A stretch of 64,000 bases of DNA from Candidatus Latescibacterota bacterium (lineage in GTDB: Bacteria; Latescibacterota; UBA2968), in assembly GCA_965198115.1 (NCBI GenBank), contig OZ240241.1, positions 4,832,001 through 4,896,000 of the forward strand, written 5' to 3'. The number at the start of each line of letters is the position of its first letter. The first letter of the stretch is position 1. The notes under the pieces were generated by a model. It was not told the origin of the DNA. It was given only the letters and a program-made list of their open reading frames with translations, and ran no database searches. Positions 1 through 11,158 of this stretch are shown here, one piece after another. The position numbers and the translations under genes are program-made.

Positions 1-1131
1 CTGTTCATCGGTCACCTTGACCCCGTTAGGGTAGGGTCGCTTGTCGATCTCGGAGCGTACTCGGAGACCGGCTTGAGTGGTCGTTCCGGCAATGAGATTC
101 ACGGTTGCAGCCAGGCTGACCAGGGGCTTGCCTCGCCAGTTCATAGCGATGAAGGAGAACAGGCGATGTTCGATCTTGTTCCACTTACTAGTGCCAGGAG
201 GGTAGTGGCATACGGTGATCGTCAGGCCAGTGCGATTCGCAAAGCGCTGCAGCTCCCACTTCCACAGCCGCGTCTTGGCGCCGTTGCTGCCGCCTGCGTC
301 CGCCGTGATTAGCAGATGCGTCGAAGTGCCGTAGGCGGGCCGTCCCATGTTCTTCCACCAACTTCGGATCGCATTCACGGCGAAGCTGGCCGTGTCGTGA
401 TCGATACCGACACTTACCCAGCCTTCATCACGGCTCAGATCATACACTCCATAAGGGATCGCCTTGCCCTGAGCAGGCACTATGAAATCGTGTACCTTCA
501 CACGCTCCGGGTCTCCCTTGGGTCGCCATTCTCGGCCAGGATTCTTGAAGTCGCCGATCAACTCTTTCTTCTTGGTGTCCACCGAGATAACGGGAAGGCC
601 CTGCTGCTGCTGCTGGCTAATCCGATCATCGAGGTAAACGAACTGAGCGTCCCGATCCGGGTGTGCAGATCCCTCCCTTGTCTTCCGATTCGCCTGCAGC
701 GTGTAATCGTGTTCGTGCAGGAGATTGGCAACGATCCTGGGGCTCACCGAATGCCCCATCGCTTGCAACTCGGCGGCCAGTTTGCGAGTGCTCTTCGATG
801 TCCATCTCAGAGGATTGTCGTCAGGCGACCCCGCAGTCGTTGGCTCGACCAGATCATTCAGGTCCTGCCACAGCGTCGGGTCCGTGTCGGCCTTCCGCTT
901 ACGACCGCCGCCTGGACGCCGGATGCGAGCCGGGTCCAAAGGTTCGTCCGACCTCAACTCCTGAATGCCACGAAAGATCCGCTCTCTGGACATTCCTGTC
1001 GCCAGAGCCACAATCGCGATCCCACCGTGACCCAACGCTTCGGCTTCCGTGGCGGCCCACAGACGACGCGTGCGTTCCGTCAGCACCGGAGCCAAGGCTT
1101 CATACTTCGTTCGGAGAGTTTCGACGTCCAC
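1..1131 (-). CDS. ISAzo13-family (Rhodopirellula-type) DDE transposase, 3' part outside window
   Basis: Manual minus-strand translation from GTG 1131 gives VDVETLRTKYEALAPVLTERTRRLWAATEAEALGHGGIAIVALATGMS, a typical ISAzo13 N-terminus. It is absent from the ORF track because it is open at the edge. Confidence 0.85.
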   Translation of the reverse strand, partial: MDVETLRTKYEALAPVLTERTRRLWAATEAEALGHGGIAIVALATGMSRERIFRGIQELRSDEPLDPARIRRPGGGRKRKADTDPTLWQDLNDLVEPTTAGSPDDNPLRWTSKSTRKLAAELQAMGHSVSPRIVANLLHEHDYTLQANRKTREGSAHPDRDAQFVYLDDRISQQQQQGLPVISVDTKKKELIGDFKNPGREWRPKGDPERVKVHDFIVPAQGKAIPYGVYDLSRDEGWVSVGIDHDTASFAVNAIRSWWKNMGRPAYGTSTHLLITADAGGSNGAKTRLWKWELQRFANRTGLTITVCHYPPGTSKWNKIEHRLFSFIAMNWRGKPLVSLAATVNLIAGTTTQAGLRVRSEIDKRPYPNGVKVTDEQ

Positions 1132-1189
1132 ACTCCGAGCGTAAGATCATTACCTTGAAAAGTGCAGCACTTATTTCGTGGCAAATCCT
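1..1189 (-). mobile_element. ISAzo13-family insertion sequence (runs off window start)
   Basis: Minus-strand transposase, with the element end near ...GCAAATCCTA|AG where the interrupted DUF433 gene resumes. End position approximate. Confidence 0.8.
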
Positions 1190-1694
1190 AAGCTTCGCTG
1201 ATCTCATCGAAGCTCGTTTCATAGATGCTTTCCGGTCCTACGATGTGAGCTTGCAGGCAATTCGGATAGCAGCGGAGAGGGCGCAGGAGATCATTCAATC
1301 GAGTCACCCTTTCTCCACCAAGAGCTTTCTCACCGACGGCAACACGATCATCGCTCAGATAGAGGACGATACTGACGATCCCAAGATGTTGGATTTAATC
1401 AGGAATCAATACGGGATTCGCAAGGTGATACGACCCTATCTCCACAAGGGCTTGGAGTACCAGGAAGATGAGCCCAATCGCTGGTGGCCGTTAGGCAAGA
1501 AACGGTCAGTGTTCATCGATCCAGCCCACTCGTTTGGTGCGCCAGTCGTGAGTCCGTGGGGAATCCGTACTTCTGTGATAAATGCGACCTACCAGGCAGA
1601 ACAGTCTGACATCGTCACAGCTCGTTGGTATGGGATCACGGAGACGGCTGTGGCCCGAGCCGTGGAGTACGAGGAACAACTGGCGGCTGTTTGA
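1188..1694 (+). pseudogene. DUF433/VapB45-like antitoxin, C-terminal part (5' end cut by ISAzo13)
   Basis: LSFADLIEARFIDAFR...HPFST...RWWPLG...FIDPAHSFGAPVV...AVEYE; overlaps the start of the downstream PIN gene. Confidence 0.8.
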
Positions 1695-1725
1695 GATTTT
1701 TCTTCGATCATGCTATCTCAAAAAA

Positions 1726-3144
1726 GGCTATATCCGGATCTCTCAACGAGATGAAGTGGGTGAAGGTGCCGTGGTTCCTGGCATGGGGGCGCGGTTAGAG
1801 TGTGCGGAACCTCTTCGGAATCTGCTCAGGGATGTTTATGTCTCCGACGGTAAGGAAGATCATATCGTTGAATGCGTCGAGTGTGCGGAATCCGCTGGCT
1901 CGGTTCTTGACGATTTGGACGATTCGGTTGAGGCCTTCGGCGATGGCGTTGGTAAGACGCGTGTTCACGAATGCGAGGACGCCGAAGAAGTGCTGTCGCA
2001 GGGTCCTGACGAACTTTCGCAGGGGTTCAAGTCGACTTCTGAGTGCGGACGTCGTCCAGCATTTCAGGAAGCGTTCGGCAGCCCAGGGCGCTTTGTATTC
2101 CCAGAACTGCTCGAACTCGTCCTTGAGTCTCCAGGCTCTATAGATTCGGTAGTTCGCCTTCTCCAGTGCTTTGAGTGTCCGAGTATCCCCTCTGGAGCGT
2201 GTCGCTGAGTGCCGGTAGAGGAGCCATCGGAGGCCCTTCATGGCTTTGCGCTCATCCGGGCAGCTTTACGCCACTGGTCCTTACGGACCTCGTCAACGGC
2301 GGCATTGAGAGCCTTGACGATGTGAAAGCGATCGAGGACCAGCTTGGCATTCGGACAGTGTTCCTGGATGGCTCCGATGTAAGCTTCGCTCATGTCGCAG
2401 CAGGCCCACTCGATCTTGGATCTCTGGTAGGGACTGAGAGCCTCTGTGAAGAACCGATCGATCGTTTTACGCGCCCTGCCGCGGCCAACCCACACCACGC
2501 AGGAGCGGTCCAGATCGTAAACGAGCGTGGCGTACCTGTGACGCTTGGCGTAGGAGATCTCGTCGATCCCGATGGTTTTGAGCCCTCGGATACGATGACC
2601 TTCACGAAGCCGCGTGATGGATCGGTGAAGGAGATCCGACAGCGTCGAGGCAGAGATGCGCAGTAACTCGGACGCCGCCTTCTGCGTCATGGTCTGGCAG
2701 TAGCGCAGCATGGCATACTCGAAGCGATACGTCACCCGAGAGAACCGCTCCGCCCACGGAATCTCCTCGACCACACGACCGTGGGTAGGACACCGAATCT
2801 CCCGAGGATGGTAGAGAAGCCAGACCCTCCACCCGCACACCGGAATGTCACGCCACCGACGCGGATGGGGCATTGTGCGGACGATTTTACCTCGACGGCC
2901 GCACTCCGGACAACAACAACCATTCTTATGTGGCTTTACGGCGATGACGAAACAGCTTCTCCCCTCAAACCACCAGCTGACAACACGGAACCCCTTGAAT
3001 CTCAGCAGTTTCGATAGTAATCTGCTCCCGGTCATAGGTCGCACCCCCTTCGCTTTGATTGTCCTACACACACAACCAAGCGTAGGGAACGATCTATGAC
3101 CTTGTCATTCTATAGTTTCACCGTTGAGAAACCCGGATAGAGCC
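1726..3144 (-). mobile_element. ISL3-family IS, copy 1
   Basis: IRs GGCTATATCCGGATCTCTCAACG / GGCTCTATCCGGGTTTCTCAACG; 8-bp TSD TCAAAAAA at 1718-1725 and 3145-3152. Confidence 0.95.
1795..3071 (-). pseudogene. ISL3 transposase, frameshifted near 2260
   Basis: CPECG zinc finger, IGIDE, CCDMS, LDRFH and TNAIAEGLN motifs; one C fewer than intact copy 3. Confidence 0.9.
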
Positions 3145-3542
3145 TCAAAAAACATAGCACACGTGGTTCGGCTTGTTGAATCGACACGGCCGGACGCGGA
3201 CGTAATAGAACACTTACTCGATCGATACACATTCGATCCTGGCGATCCGGTTTGGCTTGGAGATCTATCTCAAGAGGGGGACTGGATAGTTGTTACTGCG
3301 GACCAGGGAAGGAAAGAGCAACGAGCGTGGCGCGAATCGGGCATAACGGTCTTCATGTTCCCCAAAAGATTCCCTAGCATAAACGTGTGGGCGCAGGCTC
3401 AGCGGGTTTTCTACCTATGGCCCGAGATTAAGCTTGAGGCGCGTTCCTGTGCTCCTGGTACAGGCTACTTGCTTCCCGCCCAGGGCAAGAAGATGACGGT
3501 GGTTTATTCCGTGAGGGGCGGCAGAATGGTTCCAAGAAACGG

Positions 3543-3572
3543 GCCCCCAGCCTTCGGTCGGGGGCTTCTTTC
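3543..3572 (+). terminator. Probable intrinsic terminator after the TA operon
   Basis: GCCCCCAGCC-TTC-GGTCGGGGGC followed by TTCTTTCTT. Confidence 0.5.
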
Positions 3573-3689
3573 TTCCCGGAAGCAGGGTGCCATATTGTTG
3601 CCAAGAAATGACCGAAATCGGCGCTTTTCGTTCTTGACAGTCGGGTTCGCATGATGGGCGAACACTACTGCTACACGGCGTTGGTGCAT

Positions 3690-3845
3690 GGCTCTTGGCT
3701 TGACATCCTCGAAGGGCCCGGCGATCCTGTCTCCATTGTGGATGGATACTCGAGGGGGATTCGCTGATGGCAGCCCGTACGAAGTCCAAGGTATCCCCGA
3801 AGTACAAGACGAAGTACCGCGTGAAGAATTGGCTGGCGTACGATT
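3690..3845 (+). mobile_element. IS5-family (IS903-group) left-end remnant
   Basis: GGCTCTTGG start and a short ORF MAARTKSKVSPKYKTKYRVKNWLAYD resembling IS903-group N-termini (YRVxNW), abruptly truncated. Confidence 0.6.
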
Positions 3846-4237
3846 ATCCTGGTGGATGTGGCCAATACGCTCCGCGAGCGGGGCGGCCTGGACGAATCGG
3901 AGAGTTTCATTGACGCGATGTTCTCGTCGGCGAAGGGGGGTGGCGCGGAGGTCGGCCCGACGAAGCGCGGAAAAGGCGTGAAAATCATGGGGATCGTGGA
4001 CCGGGAGGGACTGCCGCTCTCGGTCAGCACTCACGCGGCGAACCATCATGAAGTCACGTTGGTGCAGTTGAGCTTCGAGTTCTACATGATTGAGGCGACG
4101 CCGGAGCACCTGATTGGCGACAAAGCGTACGACAGTGACCCCTTTGGACGCTGAACTGAAGGTCGAGGGTGTCGAGATGATCGCGCCGCATCGCAAGAAT
4201 CGGAAGCGGCGCAAGACACAGGACGGTCGGCCCTTAC
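3846..4237 (+). pseudogene. IS5-family transposase internal fragment
   Basis: FIDAMFSSAKGGG..VGPTKRGKGVKIMGIVDREGLPL...LIGDKAYDSDP; cut by the IS3 element. Confidence 0.85.
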
Positions 4238-4302
4238 TGACCTGCCCCCCTGGATTGTTCCCAGTCCTAAAGTTAGGATATGGGACATAGAAAGGGGGCC
4301 AT

Positions 4303-4581
4303 ATGGCCAGAAAGCGCTACACTGCAGAGCAGATCATCGGGCATCTCCGTCAAGCTGAGATCCGGACCTCTGAAGGAAAGACGATCGCCGAAGTCGTGCG
4401 TGAGCTTGGCATCAGCGAACAAACCTACTACCGGTGGCGCAAGGAATACGGTGGTATGGAGGTCAATCAGGCGCGTCGCCTCAAGGAGCTCGAGCAAGAG
4501 AACGGGCGTCTGAAACGTCTTGTGGCCGACCAGGCCCTGGATATCTCGATCCTCAAGGAGGTGTCCCGGGGAAACTTCTGA
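4303..4581 (+). CDS. IS3-family transposase OrfA
   Basis: MARKRYTAEQII...GISEQTYYRWRKEYGG...RLKELEQENGRLKRLVAD. Confidence 0.92.
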   Translation: MARKRYTAEQIIGHLRQAEIRTSEGKTIAEVVRELGISEQTYYRWRKEYGGMEVNQARRLKELEQENGRLKRLVADQALDISILKEVSRGNF

Positions 4582-5263
4582 GCCCGACGCGGCGACGGGA
4601 GGCGGTTGTTCACGTGTGTGAAGTGCTGACCGTTTCCGAGCGTCGGGCGTGCCGTGTGCTGGGTCAGGTGCGCCGTACCCAGCGATACACGCCCAAGGTA
4701 GCCGATGATGCAGGAGTTCTGACTGCGAACGTCGTATCTCTGGCCACCGAGTATGGGCGGTATGGCTACCGCCGCATCACGGCCCTCCTCAGAACCGATG
4801 GCTGGCGTGTGAACCACAAGCGTGTGGAGCGTATCTGGCGGCAGGAAGGACTGAAAGTGCCGGCTCGCCAGCCCAAACGCGGACGTCTGTGGTTCAACGA
4901 CGGCTCCTGCATCCGATTACGACCTGAGCATCGCAACCACGTCTGGGCCTACGACTTCGTGTTCGACAGGACACGTGAAGGCAGGCCGTTGAAGTGCTTG
5001 ACGGTTGTGGATGAATACACCCGCGAGTGTCTGGCGATCGAGGTCGCTCGTAAGCAGACTTCACGGGATGTGCTGCGAACACTGGCGCAGCTGATGCTAA
5101 AGCATGGCGTCCCCAAACATATCCGGTCGGACAACGGCCCGGAGTTCGTGGCCAAGGCTGTCCGATCCTGGCTCTCCAGGCCAGGTTGGGCGTCCAGACA
5201 CTCTTCATCGAGCGGGGCAGCCCCTGGGAGAACGGATACATCGAAAGCTTCAACGGAAAGCTC
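4578..5263 (+). pseudogene. IS3-family transposase OrfB, truncated and frameshifted
   Basis: YGYRRI, NHKRVERIW, WAYDFV, VVDEYTRECL and IRSDNGPEF motifs. Confidence 0.88.
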
Positions 5264-5739
5264 AGTCGAGGATCAGGCCGTCAAAATGGTCGAAGCGTTT
5301 GAGGAGCCGCGGGAGATCCAGATCCCGCTTGGCGAGAAGGAGTTGCTGGACCAGGATATTGCAGGGCGTGAACAGGCCCCGGTGTCCTTCCAGGATCAGG
5401 TGCTGGCCGGTTGCCGAAGGCCAGTACGTTCTCGGAGCGATCGAGAAAGTCGCCCTGCAGGAGCGTGGCGACTAGGCCGTCCACCTTTGTGGGCAGCCGA
5501 GTCCGGTCGAACGTGTCCAGGTTCTTTTCCAGGGGGAGACGAGACTCCCGGAGCAGCCGCTGGATCCGATTGTGGGCGCGTGTCTCGCACTCCCGGTTGA
5601 TCAGTTCGAGCAGGTAGCCTTCGTAGGGCAGGGCTTCTTTCCTGGCGAGGTCAGCCTGCTCGCGGTAACACTCGCGGATCGTGGCCAACCCAAGCGTCTT
5701 GAGACCGTCGCGGAGTTGGGTCGCGTGAGTTCGTTTCAT
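5264..5739 (-). pseudogene. istB: IS21 ATP-binding helper IstB, truncated
   Basis: YLLELINRECETR...RLLRESRLPLEKNL..F...GDFLDRSENVLAFGN; the Walker A region is disrupted. Confidence 0.85.
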
Positions 5740-6681
5740 CCGGCGGTCTCCAGCAGACGGTCATAGCAGTCCAGCCGCACTTCAGCGACGTCCACGGCGG
5801 GCGTAGCGGATACCTGCGTCGAGCCCAACGACGCTCCGACGGCATCCGGGTGGATGGATGCGCCTCTGCGCAGGAAGACGTCCAGAGCCCGGTCAACCTT
5901 GTCCTCGCCTTCTCGCACAGCTAGTTCCAGAAGGCGGAGATACAACACGTGGGCGCGTCGACGCGGATGTTGCTCCTCGAGAAGGTCGCAGGCCCTCCGG
6001 AAGCGGCTGGTCGGATACAGGTCGGACCGATAGCGGTAGTTCTCGAACGCGCCCGGCTTGCGGATCAGCCAGTTCAGAACGTGCTGCGTACTGGATGAGG
6101 TGACGCTTCTTGCCGCGGAGACGGGGTAGTCGCTCTATGCGCCGCTGGGCGTAGTAGACGTCGATGTGCTCAGCGTAAAGCCTCACCTCGACGTGCTCAC
6201 CGACCAACCGACTGTGCACGGAGTAGGTCCGAGCGGCCACCCGGATCGTGCTGGACGATCCGACCGAGACCCGCAGCCGCTTGCAGATGTCGAGCTTCTG
6301 CTGCGGCAGTCGGCGGAGAACGGCAAGTTCTTCAGACAGGCGTGTCTTCCGTCCTGCGTTCAGCTGCTCCAGCACCCGGCGGAGAAAGGTCGCGTAGGCT
6401 TCTCGATTCTCGAAGTCGCGGTGCCCACGGAGCATCAGGGTCTGATCGACGGCGCCGCGGAAACGAAAGTGCCGCTGCTCCACGTCGCCGTTCTCGTGAG
6501 GACTTGCTGGTGTCTTCCGGCCCTCGAGACCGTAGTGACGGAGGAGTGCCCCGTATCGCTGCGTGAAGTCCTCAGGATGGACGATCTTCTGGATCGCCGC
6601 GGAAAGACAGTCGGTCTGGTGTGCACGGGGCACGCCACCGAGCTCCCACAACGCGTTCTGAAGACCTTCCGAGAGCGCCTA

Positions 6682-7944
6682 AGTGCATGGTTTCATAAAC
6701 ATTATTACGTATGTCCTGAACATTATTTGTAGCTTATGTTCTCCTTCAAAAGGAGGAGAACAATGCCAAGACGTTCGCCTTATGTGGTGCTACTGTCTGA
6801 GAAGGAACGGGTCGACCTCGAGCGAATGGCTGGACAATATACGTTACCGTATTATCAAGTGATCCGATCGAAAATCGTGCTTCTCGCCGCCGAGGGATTA
6901 TCCAACAAGATTATCGCCCAACGGTTGGATGTCCCGCGTCCGATCGTAAGCAAATGGCGTAAGCGCTTTTTCGAAGAGCGTCTTTCGGGACTCGAAGATA
7001 GATCTCGTCCCGGGCGCCCGCCCGGTTTTCCCCCCTCAGGTGGTCGTTCAGATCAAGGCGCTGGCGTGTGAACTACCGAGCGAGAGCGGGATACCGCTCT
7101 CGCGGTTCAGCTGTTCCGAGATTGCCGCCGAGGCAGTGCAAAGGGGCTTCGTTGCCAAGATCAGCGGCGCCACTGTCTGGCGCTGGTTGAACGAGGACGC
7201 GATTCGTCCTTGGTATCATCGCTCCTGGATTTTCCCACGGGACCCGGACTTCCAAACCAAAGCAGGTAGAGTCCTTGATCTGTATCACCGCCAATGGCAA
7301 GGAAAGCCTTTAGGGCCGAGGGAATATGTACTTTCTGCCGACGAAAAGACCAGTATTCAAGCACGAGCTCGCAAGCACGTTACCCTACCGCCAGCCTCGA
7401 ACAGAGCGGCACGCGTTGAAACACGAATACGAGCGGAAAGGAGCCCTGGCCTATCTGGCTGCTCTCGACGTGCACAATGGTCGAATCTTCGGTCTCTGTG
7501 AGTCTTCTTCGGGTATCGAGCCCTTCAACCGGCTCCTGAGCCTGATCATGAGCCGGAAACCCTATTGCTCGGCAAAGAAAGTCTACCTCATCGTGGATAA
7601 TGGCTCCTCGCACCGAGGGCAAACATGCATCGACCGTATCCAGGGGAAGTGGCCAAACATCCACCCCGTTCACCTTCCGATCCACGCAAGCTGGCTCAAT
7701 CAGATCGAGATCTACTTCTCGATCCTCAAACGCAAGGCTCTGACACCTATCGAATTTGCATCGCTCGAAGAGCTTGAGGCAAGAATCCTCGGTTTTCAGG
7801 AACGCTACGGACGTATCGCCACACCCTTCAAATGGAAGTTCACACGAACAGATCTCGCGGAGATGATCGACAAACTCAGGTTCTACGATACGCCCTTGGC
7901 AAAGTCTGCTTAGAATACGTCACCGTATTTGCGAACAGGAGTAC
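6682..7944 (+). mobile_element. IS630-family element nested in istA
   Basis: CTAAG on both sides (6679-6683 and 7944-7948), consistent with TA targeting; imperfect IRs. Ends approximate. Confidence 0.85.
6763..7913 (+). CDS. IS630 transposase (HTH plus DDE, split by frameshifts near 7030 and 7415)
   Basis: KWRKRF..GLEDRSRPGRP, SADEKTSIQAR, HEYERKGALAY, IVDNGSSH and HASWLNQIEIYFS motifs. Confidence 0.88.
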
Positions 7945-8588
7945 TAAGCTCTCCGAAAAGCAGATCGTCGCGCTCTCCCAGTTCGAGTACGTCAGCACGA
8001 AATGGTAGACGAGATGCTCGAAGGGCTGGCCGCAGATCGTCACACCCAACGGGGAGAAGTCGGTGAAGTCGGACTGACTGAGATCGCCGGGCTTGTGCAC
8101 CTGCGGGAAGAACACTTCGCGAGGGGGTCCCTCCAGTCCACGCCAGGTCTTGACCCTGCGCTGCAGTGTCCGGAGCTGGCCGTCCTGGAAGCGGCCCGGA
8201 TAGGTCCGCTGGAGATGGATGAACAGCGTCTTGGCTTCCAGCCCGGGGTTCACTTCCAGATGTGCGCGAACCTCCGGCCAAACCTCGGTGAACGGGTCCG
8301 GACGGGTCCGCCAGGTGTGCTCGGCCTTCATGCTGCTGGGAAGACGACCCGACCTGCGATACTTGCGCGCTGTCTTCTCGTCCATCCCGGTCTTGGCGGC
8401 GGCGACAGCGAGTGTCTTTTCCTTCGGTATCAGCGACATTAATCTCCTCACCTGTGCATCCGTGACCATCTAACCTCCCATCACAACAAGGGGTTAGATA
8501 GCCTATGGCCATCCCCGCAAAACGGGAATTATGGTTGTCGTCAGGTGGGAGTTCTAATTGTCGCTAATCAAAGGAGCGCTGTACGAGC

Positions 8589-9002
8589 ATGACTTCCAAC
8601 GCGAACGATTTGAGCGCCCGATGGCGCGCCTGGGGGATCCCAGTGCGATGCGGGGCGGGCATGGTGGCCCTGCAAACCCTCCTCGCGCTCTACCGCTTTG
8701 GAGACAGCACGGCCCTGCTGCAGTTGGTGAATCCGCTGATGTGGATCGGGCTGGGTCTGTTCTTCGTCACGGGCTGGGTCATTGGCTGGGTGGTGGAACG
8801 CCTTCTCCGCGGCACGACCGGTCGGTTCCGCACGCTGCTGCTGGGCGCGACGTTCCTGGCCACCCCCGTGGCGGTCGCCGGGAGCCTCGTGGGGGGGCTA
8901 TTCGGCCCTCCGGGGGTCCTGCTCTATGGCCTGATCCCGTATCTCCTCCTGGTGGGGATTCCCAGACTGATTGGGGTCGTGTGGACCCGGCATGGCTCCT
9001 GA
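8589..9002 (+). CDS. Small hypothetical membrane protein (about 4 TM)
   Basis: 137-aa ORF with alternating hydrophobic helices and GC3-rich codons. Confidence 0.65.
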   Translation: MTSNANDLSARWRAWGIPVRCGAGMVALQTLLALYRFGDSTALLQLVNPLMWIGLGLFFVTGWVIGWVVERLLRGTTGRFRTLLLGATFLATPVAVAGSLVGGLFGPPGVLLYGLIPYLLLVGIPRLIGVVWTRHGS

Positions 9003-9087
9003 GCTTCCGGAAGCGGAGTACGAACAACTCGAGGCGGTGTAGGACCTCCCACTAGTTGGACCGCCCCCCTGGAGTTCGGCCAGAGAT

Positions 9088-9512
9088 ATGCCCGCATTCC
9101 GCTCACGTCCTCGCCGCACATCGTCCATGGGGACGCTCTGGAAATCTGGTCCCAACTGCTGAGACCGGAAAACTGTGACTTCGTCTTCGGCAATCCACCC
9201 TTCGGGGGCGCGAAGTTCCAGAGCAAGACTCAGCGCGCGCAGGTGCGAAGGATCGCGGACCTTGGAGGGAGCGGGGGTACGCTCGACTACGTGACCGCGT
9301 GGTTCATCAAGGCGGGAGAGTACGCGTATGGGACCGAGGTCCGGATCGGATTCGTGGCCACCAATTCGATCACCCAGGGGGAGCAGGTGGCGCAGCTCTG
9401 GCCGATCCTGTTCAACCGCTGTGGGCTGGAGATCGCCTTCGCCCACCGGACGTTCGCATGAGGATCGGACGCACGTGGAAAGGCCCATGTGCACGTAGTC
9501 ATCATCGGGCTC
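9088..9512 (+). pseudogene. MmeI-like type IIL/IIG DNA adenine methyltransferase internal fragment
   Basis: IPL..SPHIVHGDALE...FVFGNPPFGG...LDYVTAWFIKA...FVATNSITQGEQV...FAHRTFA*GSDARGKAHVHVVIIGL, with an in-frame TGA at 9459. Confidence 0.85.
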
Positions 9513-10340
9513 GTTCTGCTTGAACTTCGGCATTGCGAACAGTTTCGACCGCCCCTGGGACTTTGTCTCGAAGTAGCGGTCGAACGACCGTATGTCGCTG
9601 GTCCTTCCCGAATCCACGCCGCGCCGGATCCACTGCACGAACATTCGGAACGGTTCGTCCGGTTCGGATCCGCCTAAATGCGTCCCGGTCGCCGCGGACC
9701 ACGATTCCTGCCACTCTTCAAGGCCATCCCGATGGACCGCGACCCCGTAGGTGCCTTTCGCGCCCTTGCGTACCTCCTCCCGCGCGGCCTTGGCCACCTT
9801 GCCCCACCTGACGGCATGTCCGTCCAGCGTCACGATGAGGTTCGGTGCCAGGCCCTCTTCCATGCCTGCCGCGAGCACGCCGCAGGTCCTCACCAGCGTT
9901 TCGCGGCTCAGTCGCGACTCCCCCGCCAGCACGAACACGAGTAATTGCTGCATTTCTCGGTCCGCGGGCCGATCTTCGCCCAATTCGATGATCGAATCCC
10001 GATGCGGAGACAGGTAGTTCCGTCTCAACGGAATCGGTTCCCCGGATGTCGGATGCGGCATCCGATCGGGCACCATATGTCGCCGTAACGCCTTCGCGGA
10101 TGAGATCTTGGCAAACGCGTCCTTGAGCGAGCCTCCGTCCAGCCGGCTCTTGATCTCGCACACGGCGATCACGCCTTCGCAAGGGTAGTACGTGGTCTGC
10201 GGCGTCCTGTTGACCGAGAACACCGGGCAGAGGTCCCGCTCGTAGAGAACCACGTCCTGCTGCCGGCTCGTCCCCCCGTAGCTGTCTATGACGAATCCCT
10301 CCCCGACTGCCACGCTCCTGGGCAGCACCTGCTGCATTTC
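9513..10340 (-). pseudogene. DUF6602-type protein, apparently 5' truncated
   Basis: QVLPRSVAVGEGFVIDSYGGTSRQQDVVLYE...YYPCEGVIAVCEIKS motif. Confidence 0.7.
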
Positions 10341-10399
10341 GTCATCCTTGCCGGAGAGTTCGGGGAGGGGGGAATCCCCGTTCCGGCGACCATCGACTG

Positions 10400-10812
10400 T
10401 CCTTTTGGGCGGGGGTGCAGAGCGACCAGAGATCAAGGATTGGAATCAAGTTGTCGCCGAGCTGTCTCCGACAGTCTACTGGCTCGGAGCAACAACAACG
10501 GCAGTTGACGAAATCATCTTCGTCGGTACTGGATTCGCAGTTTTGAACGACGTGATCGTTACCAACTTTCACGTTGCGCTTAGTGCTTCCCTCATCATGA
10601 TAGCCACGAAAGAGACTGGACTGGATCCAGCTTTCGTGGCTATTCGCTCGTCGGGCCGTGGTTCAATAGCCTCAGATGTCTTTTTTTTAAGAATCGATCC
10701 CTCAAGCGGGGACGCCGTGGGATTCTTTCATCCTAAGTATGACGGCACAACCACAGCACCCGACCTGGCTCTGATTCAACTCTATCTTGGAGTCGAAGAA
10801 AGCTCTATGTAA
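10400..10812 (+). pseudogene. Trypsin-like serine protease N-terminal fragment
   Basis: GTGFAV, IVTNFHV (catalytic His) and PDLALIQL (catalytic Asp); stops before any GxSG motif. Confidence 0.65.
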
Positions 10813-10924
10813 GTCCCTGTCGAACACTACACTTACGCCATTTTCGTCCAGCGTCCAATCGCTCGCGGATTGTATGTTGCGCAGGCTATTTCTCACGCGG
10901 ATTATACGCTGCGGCATAAAGCTC

Positions 10925-11158
10925 CCGTCAGATGCAGCACCCCGCGCCGATAAACCTTCCGTCAGATCACGTGCGGTTCCGGCCAAAGGGCGACGTGCGC
11001 TCCGGCGCAAGGGGCGCAGCCTGACGCGGATTTTATGCGTACGCATAGATTGCGCGTCTCTCTGAATGTTTTTTCGGGGATGACATGGAGGTACAAAAAA
11101 TATCCGTCAGATTTTCTCAACTGACGGAGCTTGCAAAAATATCCGTCAGATTTTTCTC
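10925..11158. repeat. Cluster of CCGTCAG(A) motifs including a ~25-bp direct repeat
   Basis: CCGTCAGA at 10925, 10959, 11104 and 11143, inverted CTGACGG at 11121; CAAAAA(A)TATCCGTCAGATTTT(T)CTC at 11094 and 11134. Confidence 0.75.

Larger units (their letters stand above)
1691..3515 (+). pseudogene. VapC45-like PIN toxin split by ISL3
   Basis: TTG 1691 LRFFFDHAISK joins in frame to NIAHVVRL...DPVWLGDLSQEGDWIVVTAD...EQRAWRESG after removing the IS and one TSD copy. The 3' end is approximate. Confidence 0.8.
4238..5263 (+). mobile_element. IS3-family (IS407-group) element, 3' truncated
   Basis: Left end TGACCTGCCCCCC; orfA/orfB with a GGGGAAAC slippery site at 4568-4575; integrase core ends near 5263. 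Confidence 0.88.
5736..8469 (-). pseudogene. istA: IS21 transposase IstA interrupted by IS630
   Basis: N-half 7948-8469 (GMDEKTARKY, WRTRPDPF, QSDFT); C-half 5736-6679 (ALSEGLQNALWELGGVP, PHENGDVEQRH, YSVHSRL). Confidence 0.88.
5264..8570 (-). mobile_element. IS21-family element (decayed) carrying a nested IS630
   Basis: istA and istB homology; left end reads TGATTAGCGACAATTAG on the minus strand at 8570, with a repeated GCGACAA/ACGACAA motif. Confidence 0.85.

Noticed and set aside
73-1158. Plus-strand ORFs of 79 and 280 aa
   Set aside because: They are antisense shadows of the ISAzo13 transposase.
8898-10436. A single 512-aa minus-strand protein
   Set aside because: It is a chimera: the DUF6602 fragment reads into the antisense of the MmeI fragment and starts in the antisense of the trypsin fragment.
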